64,000 nucleotides of DNA from NCBI GenBank assembly GCA_040954595.2, contig CM082586.2, forward strand, positions 8,773,337 through 8,837,336, given 5' to 3'. Both the position numbers and the translations under genes were made by a program. Below the pieces are notes generated by a model, which was not told the DNA's origin, searched no databases, and saw only the letters and a program-made list of their open reading frames with translations. This stretch comes from Balanoglossus misakiensis. Lineage: Eukaryota > Animalia > Hemichordata. Of the stretch, positions 1 through 12,840 are shown piece by piece. Numbering within the stretch: the first letter of the stretch is position 1; the number at the start of each line of letters is the position of its first letter.

Positions 1-171
1 TTGCTTTGAATTTCTGTTTGTTACTGAATGTATCAATTTTTAAATTATAGTTTGTAATTAGTAAACAAATGTACTTTAATAGTGCCAAGAGCACACACAA
101 AAAAGTATGTGGTCGACTTTATACGCACAAATAAAATTACTCTCTGTGTGAATATATCCATATGTGTAATT

Positions 172-1540
172 AGTTTATTGTTTATCCACAACTGAATTTT
201 AGCCAAGATTGAAATTCACTTCAGGACAAACATGTATCAACATTCTATAAATCACTTGACCTCGCAACTTTAGATACTCTACAGAGAAAATATTCTTCAA
301 AGTGTGATGCATTGATTCATCGACTCCCTGATTTATCGACTGCCAGTACCATGGATGGATTGTAGGATTTTAACTCTCCCTCCTTTGTGAAGGTATACAG
401 GTATGTGCTGACCAATTCTTTAAAACAAAATTCCTATGCAAGAGAAAAACGGTAATTGGCCAGAACATTTGAACAGTAATCCTTAAAAATGGGTTGGATT
501 TTCAGCATTTTACACAGGTCGATATTTTCAAGCGGGGCAGCAGACTCCCATCGAAGATTGTTCAAAGCACCCCCCCCCCCCCCCCCCCCCCGGGGTGTCA
601 GCCAGTAAGATGGAGGCGTGCATAATTGTTTAGAAACTGCTTTATCTGTTCAAATGTCTTTGGCTCAGTTTATAGAAACTATTGCAGATACAATGGAGGC
701 CTACACCCAAGGAGGAATTAAAGGCACATAAGCTGCAACTTTTGGGATAATTATCATAATTTTAGTTTCAAACTGTACTACCACTAGTCCATGCAGTTGA
801 AGGCAGTGAACTATACACTTGTAAGCATTATAAACCCTAAATATAAGTGAATATGCAAGTTTTAACCAGATAAATAATAAAGGTTTGCCGCAAGCGATTA
901 TGGCCGCCACTGTGGGATAATGCAAGAAACAATGAAAATTTTGCATTTTCGGTTATGAAACTTCATAAACAAAACATGATCTCATCCACTTGAGCTCATG
1001 GAAGTAAATGTACACTGCTGAGACATTATATTTTCATTTAATAGACATAATTAAAAGCATATATGAGATTATTTAAATCTTTAATTTTTTTATCCTGTTG
1101 CAGCTCATGTACCTTTAAGATTGGCTTGACAATTTGCGCACTTATTGACCTGCAATTAACAAATAAACATCAGAAATGGATTCTACTTTATAAACACATT
1201 TAATAAATGAGATATTACACCTAATCGTGGGACAAGAAGAGCAAAAATTCAATTACCCATTGCACAAGGTGAGACGCATCACTGAGGCCGAACGGACCCG
1301 TAAACTTTGAAGGCTTGACTCCCTCTGTGATGAACTGCAAAATGACAGACCTGTAGGCTGCAGTAATAATATCCATATCTGTTATGAGTTTATTGTTTAA
1401 CCACAACTAAATTTTAGCCGCGTTTGAACTTCACTTCAGGACATACACATGCATCAACATATTAAATCACTTGACCATGAAACTGTAGAGAAATATTCTT
1501 CAAAATGTGATGCATTGAGTGATCAACTGCCAATGCCATG
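172..1540 (+). repeat. pair of diverged ~160-180 bp direct repeats (about 172-355 and 1388-1540)
   Basis: Shared blocks agtttattgttt..ccacaact..attttagcc, ttcacttcaggaca, taaatcacttgacc, aatattcttcaaa.tgtgatgcattga. Confidence 0.75.
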
Positions 1541-2725
1541 AACAAGCACAAACTTACCATGGCGCAGATACTGAAAGCCCAAGCCCGGGGAGTTTTGCAG
1601 ACATATATTTTTGGAAAGTCTATTTGTCCAGTTGTCGGAATCAGGTTGTTTGCACTCATATTAATGGTGGGTGTGGCCATCAGGAGCTGTTGTCATGGTA
1701 ATGGAAGCATAATTTTAGGGGTACTCATACAGTTAAAAATTAAGATATTTCAGGATCTGAGAAAGGTAGAGTTAAAATTCAAACATTCAGTATGGACTAT
1801 CCAATGGTTATATGACAGACAAGGTCAGAGGTCAAGTTTATCTTCAGAACATGGTGTCAAAGTGACAATGTTGCTAAATTTTTGCCTATTGATCATGTAT
1901 AGTTTTGATTTACTGGAAGACAGTTTGCTCGAGGAGGCTGTAAATTGGTCATCAGGTAGCAAGGAACATTAGCTTTAAGAAAAATAGGATTCATGTCTTT
2001 GGTATTAATTTATATTAAAATTCTGTTACCATAAAGGACAGGTAGACATTTTGCGAAATTCCCAATAACAAGAAACGTGCTATATATTTGGTACCAATTA
2101 AGCTTTAGAAAAAAATAAAACATTCAAACTTATAATGCTAACTTGAACATTAGGGTTCAAGGTCAAGGTCATTCTCGACTTTCAAGTGACAAAATAGGCA
2201 CTATGATTTTTTTTCCAAAATGATACTTTATATAAACAATAGTCCATATTATTCTGGTCACGAGCATCATGGGACAAAAAAGCAATGAATGTGCATGAAC
2301 TACACTGTTGTACAAACTCTTCAAGTATGTCCAGTTATGCACAGCAATGCAAGTGAATTTGTGGACTCATGCCCGCGACCTTGTCTGTGTATGTCAGGTA
2401 TGTCAGATGCAGACTAAAGAACCTTTTTATACTACAATTTCGGGGTCTGCGCTGTCCGACTAAACTACTGCATGGGGGGGGGGGGGGAGGGGGCAAGACT
2501 ACCATTTCTACGTCTGAACTACATTTCTTACGTACCCCTATAACTGGCAGCCAAGTTGTACAATCATGACAAGCTTAGCATGAATTAGACGTAACTTTTG
2601 TGCCACTGAATACAATGGGCCATGTGTTATTTGTCCTGTGTCACAAGAAACCCCCCCCCCCCCCCCACCACAACAAGAAATCTCGCAGGGTCTTGTAGAG
2701 ATCAGAAAATGGTTAATTGTGTACC

Positions 2726-3452
2726 CAATCTGATTAAAATCAGATGTAGGGTACGCCGACGTCTTTTACTTGCACGGTGCGGTATTCCTATGCTGTCGCC
2801 TTACACTACATCTGACAAACTCCCATAGAAGCTCCCGTTCAACCTCCCGTTGCGGCCAGGCCAATCACAGGGGGCTCTCCCTCCGCGATTTTGTTTGTTT
2901 GTTGTTGTTGATGATGATGATTGGCATAATAAACAAATACAGGGTATATTCGACAGGTTAGGGTATTATCAACGGTTAGGCGAGGGTTTGTGTTGGCATT
3001 TTTTTTGATCCACGGCCCCGGACATATCACTAAGCCACAAAGCTTAGTGATGCCCGGGGCCGTGGATCGAAAAAAATGCCAACACTGACCCTAACCGTTG
3101 AATATACCCTAACACTTACATGTCAACAAACCATATTTATTAATAAAGAAATATGTATTTGTTTATTATGCCAAAAATCAACAACAACAACAACCAAACA
3201 AACAAACAAAATCGCGGAGGGAGAGCCCCCTGTGGACCAATCATATTGCACGTTACATCGATCTAAATGTAGACTAAAGAATACCTGTTGTTCTCTATAT
3301 GTTGTTCTTCTGATTGGTTTATTGTCCCAGTAAAGCCAGAGCTTCTATGGGAGTTGGTCAGATGTAGTGCGAGGCCACAGCATAAGAATACCGCACCATG
3401 TAATTAGTAAAAGACGTCGCCGTACCATTCACATCTGATTTTAATTAGATTG
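2726..3452. mobile_element. MITE with ~110 bp terminal inverted repeats, interrupted by a foldback element
   Basis: caatctgattaaaatcagatg...cccatagaagctc (2726-2834) is inverted at 3338-3452; short sibling at 62198-62317. Confidence 0.8.
2866..3234. mobile_element. P-element-like foldback MITE (CACAGGG...CCCTGTG)
   Basis: Whole element is an imperfect palindrome; 7-bp flanking repeat ggccaat/gaccaat. Confidence 0.8.
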
Positions 3453-4423
3453 CTGTGTTACCTATACAAATCACAGACACAATATTGATGTTCTGAATAT
3501 GTGAACTGTTGTCACTCTTTTATTTATTGGGGGTGAAAAGTGCAACATTTGACTCAATGGACTTGGAGGTATTGCTTCCAACATGAAAACACAGTAAGGA
3601 AACAAGCATGGAACACATGAGAAATTCATTTTTTTTAAATACAGCATGTCTGAACCATATGCGGTCATTCTGAAAATAACTTATGAAAGCTAACAAACAA
3701 ATCCAATGTTGATAACGTTTCTAAATTGTTCTCAATTGGTAATTTTTGGTGAATTTTATTCCCCAAATCTAGACTTTTTTTACATTCTTTAACATCACAG
3801 AGTTACAACAGGACCAATGTGGGAAACCTAAAAAAAGCCAAGACTGTGCCAAACAATGGTATTTTAGGTACCTGTATTTAGTTGGTGGGTTTTCAAATGA
3901 TATGGAATGTTTTCTTGACAAAACAAATCGCAATCTAAAACAACACAAATAGAGGAAATGCTGATATAACCAAAGTATATATCTGGTTATTGAAAACAAC
4001 ATGTGGGCAATGCACGAATTGTATACACATATTGCCAACCAGTCACCAGCAGTCGTACATGGAATTCTGTCAAAACTGTGTATAAATTGTCCCAAATGAT
4101 CACTATCGTATGTAAATCAACCAGTGTTTGAAATACATTCCAACACTGGAAATCAACCAGTGACAGGGCAGGGCGACTTAAATAAGTCACTATAGTGGAC
4201 ACACCAAACACTGTCTTATTCTAATGTCTCCAGAAAACCATTAATTTACTCTGCAACTTTGAATATGTCATAATACATATCTGCCAGTATACCAAGGGTG
4301 ATCAACAGACAATTGTCTGAACAGAGTTGAATTGGAACTGATTCAAAGCAGTTGGAAAGAAAGTGAAGATGGTTTCACATAACTGATACAAAATGAACAA
4401 GCTCTGGCTAAAATCACCAGTTA

Positions 4424-4899
4424 CAGTCAAACCTTGTTAGTTGCCACCTCTAAAACTTGTCTATAGTGGCCATTTTCTTACAGTCCCTGTGCAGTTTATA
4501 TGTACATTAAAGGGACAAAGTCTCTCTCTCTCTCGCTGCCCCTTTTCCAATCATTATGTTTGATACAAGACACTGTTTATGTTATTCTACATGTGGATAT
4601 ATAGTGAATCAACGTTCAACCACACACAACTTCCATCCCATTTGTAGGATATGAGAGTAAATATCTCGCGATTTTTTTACTCTCGTGTCTACAAGTTGGA
4701 TGGAAGTTGTGTGTGGTCGATCGTTGATTCACTATTTATCCACATGGATATATATAACATTGCATGAAACATAATTAATATAAAAACTAAAAGGTCAGCG
4801 AGAGAGAGAGAGACTTTGTTGATCTGTCTAAAGGCCACCTGTCTATAAAGGCAAGTTTAGTAAATTCCCTTGACTTGCCTCTGTAGACAGATTTGACTA
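4424..4899. mobile_element. Tc1/mariner-type MITE (ta|cagtcaaacc...) split by a Kolobok-like MITE
   Basis: Both halves align in reverse to the intact copy at 24025-24204. Confidence 0.7.
4511..4819. mobile_element. Kolobok-like palindromic MITE, copy 1 (right end clipped)
   Basis: ttaa|agggacaaagtctctc... terminus; same family as 36958-37310. Confidence 0.8.
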
Positions 4900-7800
4900 T
4901 TTGTGACTGTTGATTTGAAACGTTTGACATAAATGATGAAAATAATCAAGTATGATTTCTTATGCGGCTTCAAGTTTGTCAGTATTTGATGCTTTTAATC
5001 TTGCTTTTGCCAACTTGATCATGAATATAAAACGTATGGACGGGTTAGTGATTTCTTGCATCACTATATACAGAATAAATTTCTTTGCACCAATATCAAT
5101 GTCAGCAGTTTTAGACATTTCTATTGCAAAATTTCCAACACACTGAGTGAGAGGTCAGCCTTAAAATGACTTCAATAAACAATCATATTCTTGAAAAAAT
5201 GGTTAATTTATCAGACTTGATAAACTATCCTTTTGATATACAAATTAGTTGAAATTTACAGTCAGTCATAAAATACACATCTTTAACTTTTTAAATCGTA
5301 AAAACCTACAAACCTTAAAAAGATTATGACCTTGAATGCATAATCTGACATTTAAAAAAAAAATCATTATATTATTATGGACATTTAAACACTTTCACAC
5401 AAATCATGCCTTGTGTTGTCAAGTTATAAGAAGTACCTGCAGTTGACAAACTGGTCTCTAGATAAACTCTTGACTGGACGGATAGTTTTGATAAGGGTCT
5501 CTAGAAAAAGGACACTTGAAAATACATTCTTATATCATCTGACAGTGGAATATTACTGTGCACCACATCAAGACAAACAGGCACTTTGACAATGTTGAAT
5601 AAACTGAGATTACATTTTTGTGAGTGAATTCTCTTTCATAACAGAATACAACATGGCAATCTGCACTGTGTATTTCCACTGTCATTCTCGTTCATTCATT
5701 CGTTCTGTGAGTCGGATTTCTCTGCACGTTGCCAAAACTGACACTTTTAAACAGAGGTTATTCTCTATGAGACTGCTTCACGTAATGGAATACAGACAAT
5801 CTATACTGGGAAAACATACAAAAACACAAGTATAAAACAAAGATCTCTCATTGGACGGTGTTATTCTATATAACTATGGTGGACGGTGTATGAATTTTTT
5901 AAGTACATGACTACATGGACAGTGCCTCATATTACACTAATGGGGCAGGTCAAATATCTCTGCTTTTTTGCATCAGGTGGTGGGAGACTAGTTATTGATC
6001 AACTTATACAAAGTTTTTGACATTGTGTAGTTTGCCATGTTGGCTAGCAAAAAATGGATGGAATATTTGAATTAAACTAGTGTCAACCAGAGATAAAAGT
6101 ACTAAAATTTGCAAAGATATATGCAGATGGGTTTTAAAATCAGAGTGTATGTTATAGATGCTGGTATTTGTAGCTCATCATTCTGTACGCTGAATTACAC
6201 GACAGCCCTATTTCAATATTTGACATCTTGAGAAAGTACATGAATTGTTGAGGAATCAAATGCATACTCAATTTTTTTAACAGGCATATGCCATACACAT
6301 TATGGAGATTATGGGACCACTTCATTTGACCGAATAGCAACTTGTAGTGTAGAGAAAGACTGCAAATATCAATATATATTTCCAAATTGTGTGGACATAA
6401 GGCCATAGAATGCTTGCATGATTACACCTGTGTCACAACAGAATTCATAAAAGCGTTGTGATTTCATTGTGTATGCCCAGTCAAGAACATGAACATGGCA
6501 AACATTTTAAACTAAACTCTGTTTTCAATTGAACAGATCGAAATCTGGTAGGATGAGTGTAAGCATTGCTGAAGACTGACAAATAAACAACTGGTGTGTG
6601 TTCTTGTAAACTGGTGTTAGGAGTGGAAGCCAGTTCTAGGAAATTTTATGCATCAGATCCATTCAGCAATGTACATGTACTGCAAATTGCAATTTTTAAG
6701 TCATTGTTTATCGTATATAGTAATTTTTCGGTACAGTTTGTACCATGATACAACAGAAAACAGACAAAAACTTGAAATAAGGGATGGAGACAGTTTGCTT
6801 TGATACATCAAATCTTCTGTATGTAGATACCATCCCTGATAAGCCAAGTAGGTTTTAATAATGGTCTATATTTCAAAGTATACTGCCACATCCAAACCAG
6901 AACACCCAAACAAAATGATCCACTCCAAAGCTAAATTCAGTAAAATGCACCACATTACGCATTCATACCAAATAAAGTGTGTTGAAAATTTAAAAACGGA
7001 ATACTGATTGTGAAATTCAATACTGAAGGCGAAAAATTCTTCCCCTTAATGAGAGAGTTTTGCAGTTGTATGCATGTATAGGACGGATTCAATTGGTCGT
7101 ATGGATCGCAGGTGGGATGGATATTCGTAACAAATTGAGTGAAAATATCAGAACTTGTCATCAATCTGAGCAAAAAGTGAAAATATTTTCTTGTAATGAA
7201 TCATCTAACACAATAAGATAGATACATGTATAAAAATACATTGATGAAATTCATCATTATTACTATTTTCACCATTACGAACAGGTTTGCATATGTACAT
7301 TTCATTCAAATCAAATAAACTTTAAAATCTTAATCTAGCTGTTTGTTCTGCATCAAATATCCACAAAACCTCAAGCCAACATCCATTTAGAAATGAATGA
7401 TCCATTCTTAAAACCTGAAAATATGTTTATATATTTTTGTTTTGAATGTGCCACCAAGGTTTGATATGAGACAGGACCGATCTAGCCTGCTAGAATATGT
7501 ACCCATTGCACTTGGTCAAATTTACAAACATGTATTATACACAATATAGTTCAGATATTTATACACAAAAGATGATTTCAATTTGCAATTTTGTACAGAA
7601 AGTGACACACACCTATAAAAGAATGGGAAACCTCAAAAAGCATTGCTACTTGCTAGAGTGCCTCACAACACAACACAAAACAAAAATTAATCATTCAACA
7701 TTTACATACAAATGTGAGAATAATGTAAATAAAACACAGCACTGGAACAGTTGCATTTTATCAGCGGACAATCTGTGCATCGAATTTTTTAATGTCTGAG

Positions 7801-8145
7801 TGCATTTCTGAAATTTCAATGCAGGTGAAACATATTTTCTCAATTTCAGAAAAGGTGAAAATTATTGCCAAAATAATGTACAATTTTCAAGTCCAGCAGA
7901 AAGATATTCCATAATATAATGAAAGTATTTGATACACACTTCAACGGGCATTTAAAAACCTGTGTAATGAATTGTAAATTGCGCTGTCCCATATTATGCT
8001 GTACTCTCGGTCTTTTTCTTCCCGACTTTTCTATTTACAAATCTTGCCCCCCCCCCCCACAACTTTCATACCTTCAATGTAAATATAGTTCAAGTGTCTT
8101 CTGTAATGCTGATGTACAGTTTATCATTTATGTCAGCTGATCTCT

Positions 8146-8420
8146 TTAAATAATCGGTGGTAGGAACTGTCCACCAGTGGCTTGCTCCACTTTCTCACTT
8201 GTCGTTGTCTTATCATTCACTTGATTGGCAGTTTTCAGTTCCTCAATATCATCACCTGAGTTTTCCTCCACATCTGTTGCTAGGATAGGTTTGACTTTAT
8301 TCACTGGTTTCTCCACAGGATCTTTCATCTCTCCAGAATCTGCCGCTCCAATGGGTTGCAATCTTTTCCCACTTTTCTTTTCCCGGGGTTTTGTGTGGTG
8401 TTCCTCCCCTTTTGATTTGT
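8146..8420 (-). CDS. DYRK4: DYRK4 last coding exon (DKSKGEEHH...QFLPPII*)
   Basis: Acceptor tatttttcag, phase 1 matching the upstream exon, open frame to TAA at 8146-8148. Confidence 0.88.
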
Positions 8421-8649
8421 CTGAAAAATAGCACATCAAATCAAATCAATACGAATCGGATAAAAAATCAGACAAAATAATTTCCTACACATAAACAATA
8501 CTGACAAAAAATCTTAATACACAAACTGCCCAGTAAACAAAACATAGTGTCAAGGACACTGTGGTCCCATTTGGGGATTACACAGAAATAGAAATTTGAA
8601 TGTTCATCCTATGCCACTGAAACAATAGCCTAGCATCTAGCCGTATTTT

Positions 8650-9798
8650 CACAGGGAACTTAGTAATTTTGTTATTGTTATTGTTGTTGTTGTTGTTGTT
8701 ATTGTTGTTGTTGTTGTTGTTAAGATTGGTAATAAAATTAAAAAAAAAATCAATGTGTCATTTCTTGATATGTTTGTCGATGTTGTAGATAACTGTAAAA
8801 AAAAACCCAACCATAATCGTGGAAAACACGACCTAGGTCACCGAATGTCACTACCGTCTTACATACAGGCAAGGGTGGAATCCACATGCCCTGGATCTAG
8901 GCTCATGGGCCACCTTCAAGGCCCTGAAAAATCACCCCATTCACCAGCGAGCGATTAAATTATGCCACCATAGGCATTGAAATTTATCTCACTGACCTAA
9001 TTTGGGCTTCACTTCATCTATCGACCTGCAAACGAGTGGAAAAACGGCGATTTCCAAGTCGTACCCAGTCAAATTCAATCACATTTGAATCACGCGCCCG
9101 ATGGTGATGGCTCCATTTTCTCTGCCTATTTAAATTGACCAATCGGGCGCCCTGTAAAGGCTGCCTCGGCCACCCGATTGTTTATTGCTCAACTCGTATG
9201 AGTACGTGTAACTGCGTTCAAAATAACACGAAAAAAGGAGGCGAAACCTTAAGAGTCATACAGATAAATGGATACTTCCCAACTCTTTGTCATAAAATCT
9301 ACCATTTTACGTCTTGAATACAGTGCAGTCGATAGTCAGAACGTACACTTCCGGGTGTTGCTTTACAGGGCGCCCGATTGGTCAATTTAAATAGGCAGAG
9401 AAAATGGAGCCATCACCATCGGGCGCGTGATTCAAATGTGATTGAATTTGACTGGGTACGACTTGGAAATCGCCGTTTTTCCACTCGTTTGCAGGTCGAT
9501 AGATGAAGTGAAGCCCAAATTAGGTCAGTGAGATAAATTTCAATGCCTATGGTGGCATAATTTAATCGCTCGCTGGTGAATGGGGTGATTTTTCAGGGCC
9601 TTGAAGGTGGCCCATGAGCCTAGATCCAGGGCATGTGGATTCCACCCTTGCCTGTATGTAAGACGGTAGTGACATTCGGCGACCTAGGTCGTGTTTTCCA
9701 CGATTATGGTTGGGTTTTTTTTTACAGTTATCTACAACATCGACAAACATATCAAGAAATGACACATTGATTTTTTTTTAAATTTTATTACCAATCTT

Positions 9799-9843
<45 letters not shown>

Positions 9844-9867
9844 AACAAAATTACTAAGTTCCCTGTG
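8650..9867. mobile_element. 1.2-kb P-element-like foldback element with ~510 bp near-perfect arms
   Basis: Arms 8650-9159 and 9361-9867 around a 201-bp spacer, CACAGGG/CCCTGTG ends, perfect 7-bp TSD gtatttt; ORF translations from the two arms differ at one residue. Confidence 0.95.
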
Positions 9868-10160
9868 GTATTTTGTCCGCTTTGCTTCCAAAACTAACGT
9901 CTAGTCTCACTCATGCCACTGGCCCAATAAATCCCTTACCCCTTGCTGGGAATTGTGATGTAACTAGCGTCCCTCTGAAGTCACTCACATAAACTGAACA
10001 ATGGTGATTGGGTGTAAGGTTATAGTGAAGGCAGGGCTAATTTGTTACTCATCCTTAATTACACATATGTGTATCCTTTGTCCAATCATAGGAAAAACAA
10101 AGTCTCTCATTGATCATTCACCACTAGCTACTGACAGAAGTTGAATACGGAAACACTGAC

Positions 10161-10345
10161 CTGTACTCTCTGTATCTTCTTTTATGGTATCCTTTGGCAA
10201 GGTGGTAACAGCTGGAATATTGGATCGGAATGATGACCTGTGTCTAGTCGAGTGTCTAGATTCACGGTTCTTCAACGGTTTACCTTCCAGGATCCAATCA
10301 TGCTGTATGGCTTCATCTGGTGTCATGCGTTTTGCTGGGTCCCAC
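10161..10345 (-). CDS. DYRK4: DYRK4 exon, kinase subdomain XI and tail (WDPAKRMTPDEAIQHDWI...)
   Basis: Acceptor tttgatag, donor CAG|gtcagt, 185 nt, phases 2/1. Confidence 0.95.
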
Positions 10346-10904
10346 CTATCAAACATAACAATAACAATAGCATCAATGACTCTATGCTTCCATTCGGAGA
10401 AATTGACACCCATTGTTGAAATACAATATGAACATGTGAGCGAGCATACACTACACTTGTTACTGCACAAAAATTTCTACGACAAATTAATGTTTTAGCC
10501 CCTCTCTGTATATTTATTTGTTTATCCCTCGTGATCACGTTTGAAATATTAATAAAGACACACTCTTGACTCCAGATATGAGTGTAATCTTTCTTTTCAG
10601 ATCGCCATGTAACTAACCTTATTGCCACATCAGTGGAATATAATACAATTAAATGGGGATTTGAGAATAATTGCCTCAAAATACAACATTGGGAATTATA
10701 ACTCCAAGACTTGAGATGCCGTTTTTTTTATATTAAAAATGGAGAGAATCCACAAAAAATTACAGGAACAAAAAACTTCATTGGAATTTGATTAAACAAG
10801 ACAATCTATGAGCAATGAACCAGTCGATCTGAATAAATAATCACTGATATTGGATAGCAAACAACAGCTTTCTTTCAAAAACCAACCTGCTGCCACATAC
10901 TTAC

Positions 10905-11034
10905 TCTAGGCATCTTCTAACAAAATCTACAAAGTGGGGATCACTAGTCCTGATAGCTTGACTGAGGTCCTTCGAATTTGGTCGCCTCTTCTTTCCTTTG
11001 CTGTTGGTAATGCATCGAGGATTGCCCTTGGAAT
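10905..11034 (-). CDS. DYRK4: DYRK4 exon, CMGC insert (DSKGNPRCITNSKGKKRRPNSKDL...FVDFVRRCLE)
   Basis: catcag acceptor, gtaagt donor, 130 nt, phases 1/2. Confidence 0.96.
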
Positions 11035-11215
11035 CTGATGATCACATGAAATATGACAATAACGTTTATCTGTTAAGTTGTACACAGTTTAATCATGCTT
11101 TCAGACTTTCTGATTAAGGAGTGGCAGATATTTATAGTCTATTCATTTTATCCTAGAAAGAGTTATTAGACTATTAGCATAGACTTTGCCAATTATTGTG
11201 ATATGATAAAGTTAA

Positions 11216-11561
11216 ACGGAACGAAGACTCTCTCTCGCTGCCTTTTTTCCCATTAATCATGTTTGATAAAAGACACAGTTTATGTTAGTGTACATGTGGA
11301 TATATAGTGAATCAACGTTCGACCACAAGCAACTTCCATCCTGTTCGTAGGATATGCGAGTAAAAATTTCGCCAAAATGAATAAACGGTTGAGACCGATT
11401 ATTCATTTTGGTGATTTTTTCACTCTTGTACAAGTGGGTTGGAAGTTGTGTGTGATCGAACGTTGATTCACTATATATCCACATGTAGAATAACATAAAC
11501 AGTGTCTTGAATCAAACATAATTAATGGAAAAGGGGCAACGAGAGAGAGATTTTGTCCCTT
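11216..11561. mobile_element. Kolobok-like palindromic MITE, copy 2
   Basis: TTAA flanks and long inverted arms; same family as 36958-37310. Confidence 0.85.
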
Positions 11562-11623
11562 TTAACTGTTGATGCATTCAACTACCGATGCCTCAATGTT
11601 TTATCAAACATCATTCAACTCAC

Positions 11624-11684
11624 CAAAGAAAAGTCGCCTCCTTTGGGCATCATCTATAAGACTAGATGGTGGCATACCAATGAT
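11624..11684 (-). CDS. DYRK4: DYRK4 exon (IIGMPPSSLIDDAQRRRLFF)
   Basis: ttgcag acceptor, gtgagt donor, 61 nt, phases 0/1. Confidence 0.95.
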
Positions 11685-11989
11685 CTGCAAGGGGAACAGG
11701 AAAAAAGCAATACTTGTTATGACATGGTCACTCTGCTATTAATTACTGGATTTATTCAAGTTGCTCTGCCTTGAAATGACTTCATCAACTACTAAAAAAG
11801 TTTAACGGAGATAATGATGTAGTGAGAACGTGAAAAATAATCGTTGCATAACAGTTGTCTTTTTTGATATCACGAAAATTTCCTGTTTTACAGTATTTTA
11901 GACAATACAGTGTGAATTTCTATTAATTCCCACTTGCCCTCTATCAAACCTGTGCTTGGTATAAAATGACCTGTGGGGGGGCACAGCCT

Positions 11990-12013
11990 GGGGGGGGGGG
12001 GGGGGGGGGGGGG
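11990..12013 (+). repeat. poly-G tract (similar G/C homopolymers near 570-591, 21332-21359, 51621-51645, 62393-62411)
   Basis: Direct inspection. Confidence 0.9.
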
Positions 12014-12074
12014 CACAGCAACAACGATGATGATCAATCTGAAATCTGTGATGGCTTGCTGGACAGCAAATTTA

Positions 12075-12275
<201 letters not shown>

Positions 12276-12619
12276 TCAAAAGCAAACATGAAAATGATAG
12301 CAATCCATCAGTGTACCCTCCAAGCTTATAGCAATCATGAAAACAAATGATCCAGGAATGCAAGAAAATTGTTTATATTATTATTACATGTACAGGTGAA
12401 GATATCCTAATACCAAATAATTACCCTAAATCTTCATATGGACTTGAAAAGTCATATTTGTCAGAGAACACATTGCAATATACAGGCAAGGCAACACCCA
12501 GAAACTGTAGACAGAGTATTGAAAAGAGCGCCCCCTTGAGGCAGCTAATTATCTGTTATAAATTTAATATGGTACGTGTTAGAACTGAAACTGAGTTCTT
12601 AATTAAATGGAAAACTCAC

Positions 12620-12840
12620 CTCTCTGATGCTCATAGCAGCTTGAACCAAAATCTATGACCTTGATTTGACTTTGTCCCTTTTGTCGAAGTAATATATTTT
12701 CTGGTTTCATATCACAATGGATAATTTTCTCTTTATGCAGAAGTCGAAGGCACAGAAGAAGTGCATATGCAAATCTTCGTATTAAGGCAACACTGAATCC
12801 CTGGAAATTATTCTTCTTGATAAGTTCATATAAGTTCATT
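12620..12840 (-). CDS. DYRK4: DYRK4 exon, catalytic loop and DFG ([15 protein letters not shown]...HCDMKPEN...[11 protein letters not shown])
   Basis: ccatag acceptor, gtgagt donor, 221 nt; matches ORF 12603..12839. Confidence 0.98.

Noticed and set aside
1538-1972. 144-aa plus-strand ORF as a second gene
   Set aside because: No recognisable domain or splice-consistent partner exons, and the sequence looks repeat-derived.
8755-9765. Duplicated 67-aa ORFs on opposite strands
   Set aside because: By-product of the foldback arms, with GTG starts and no protein features.
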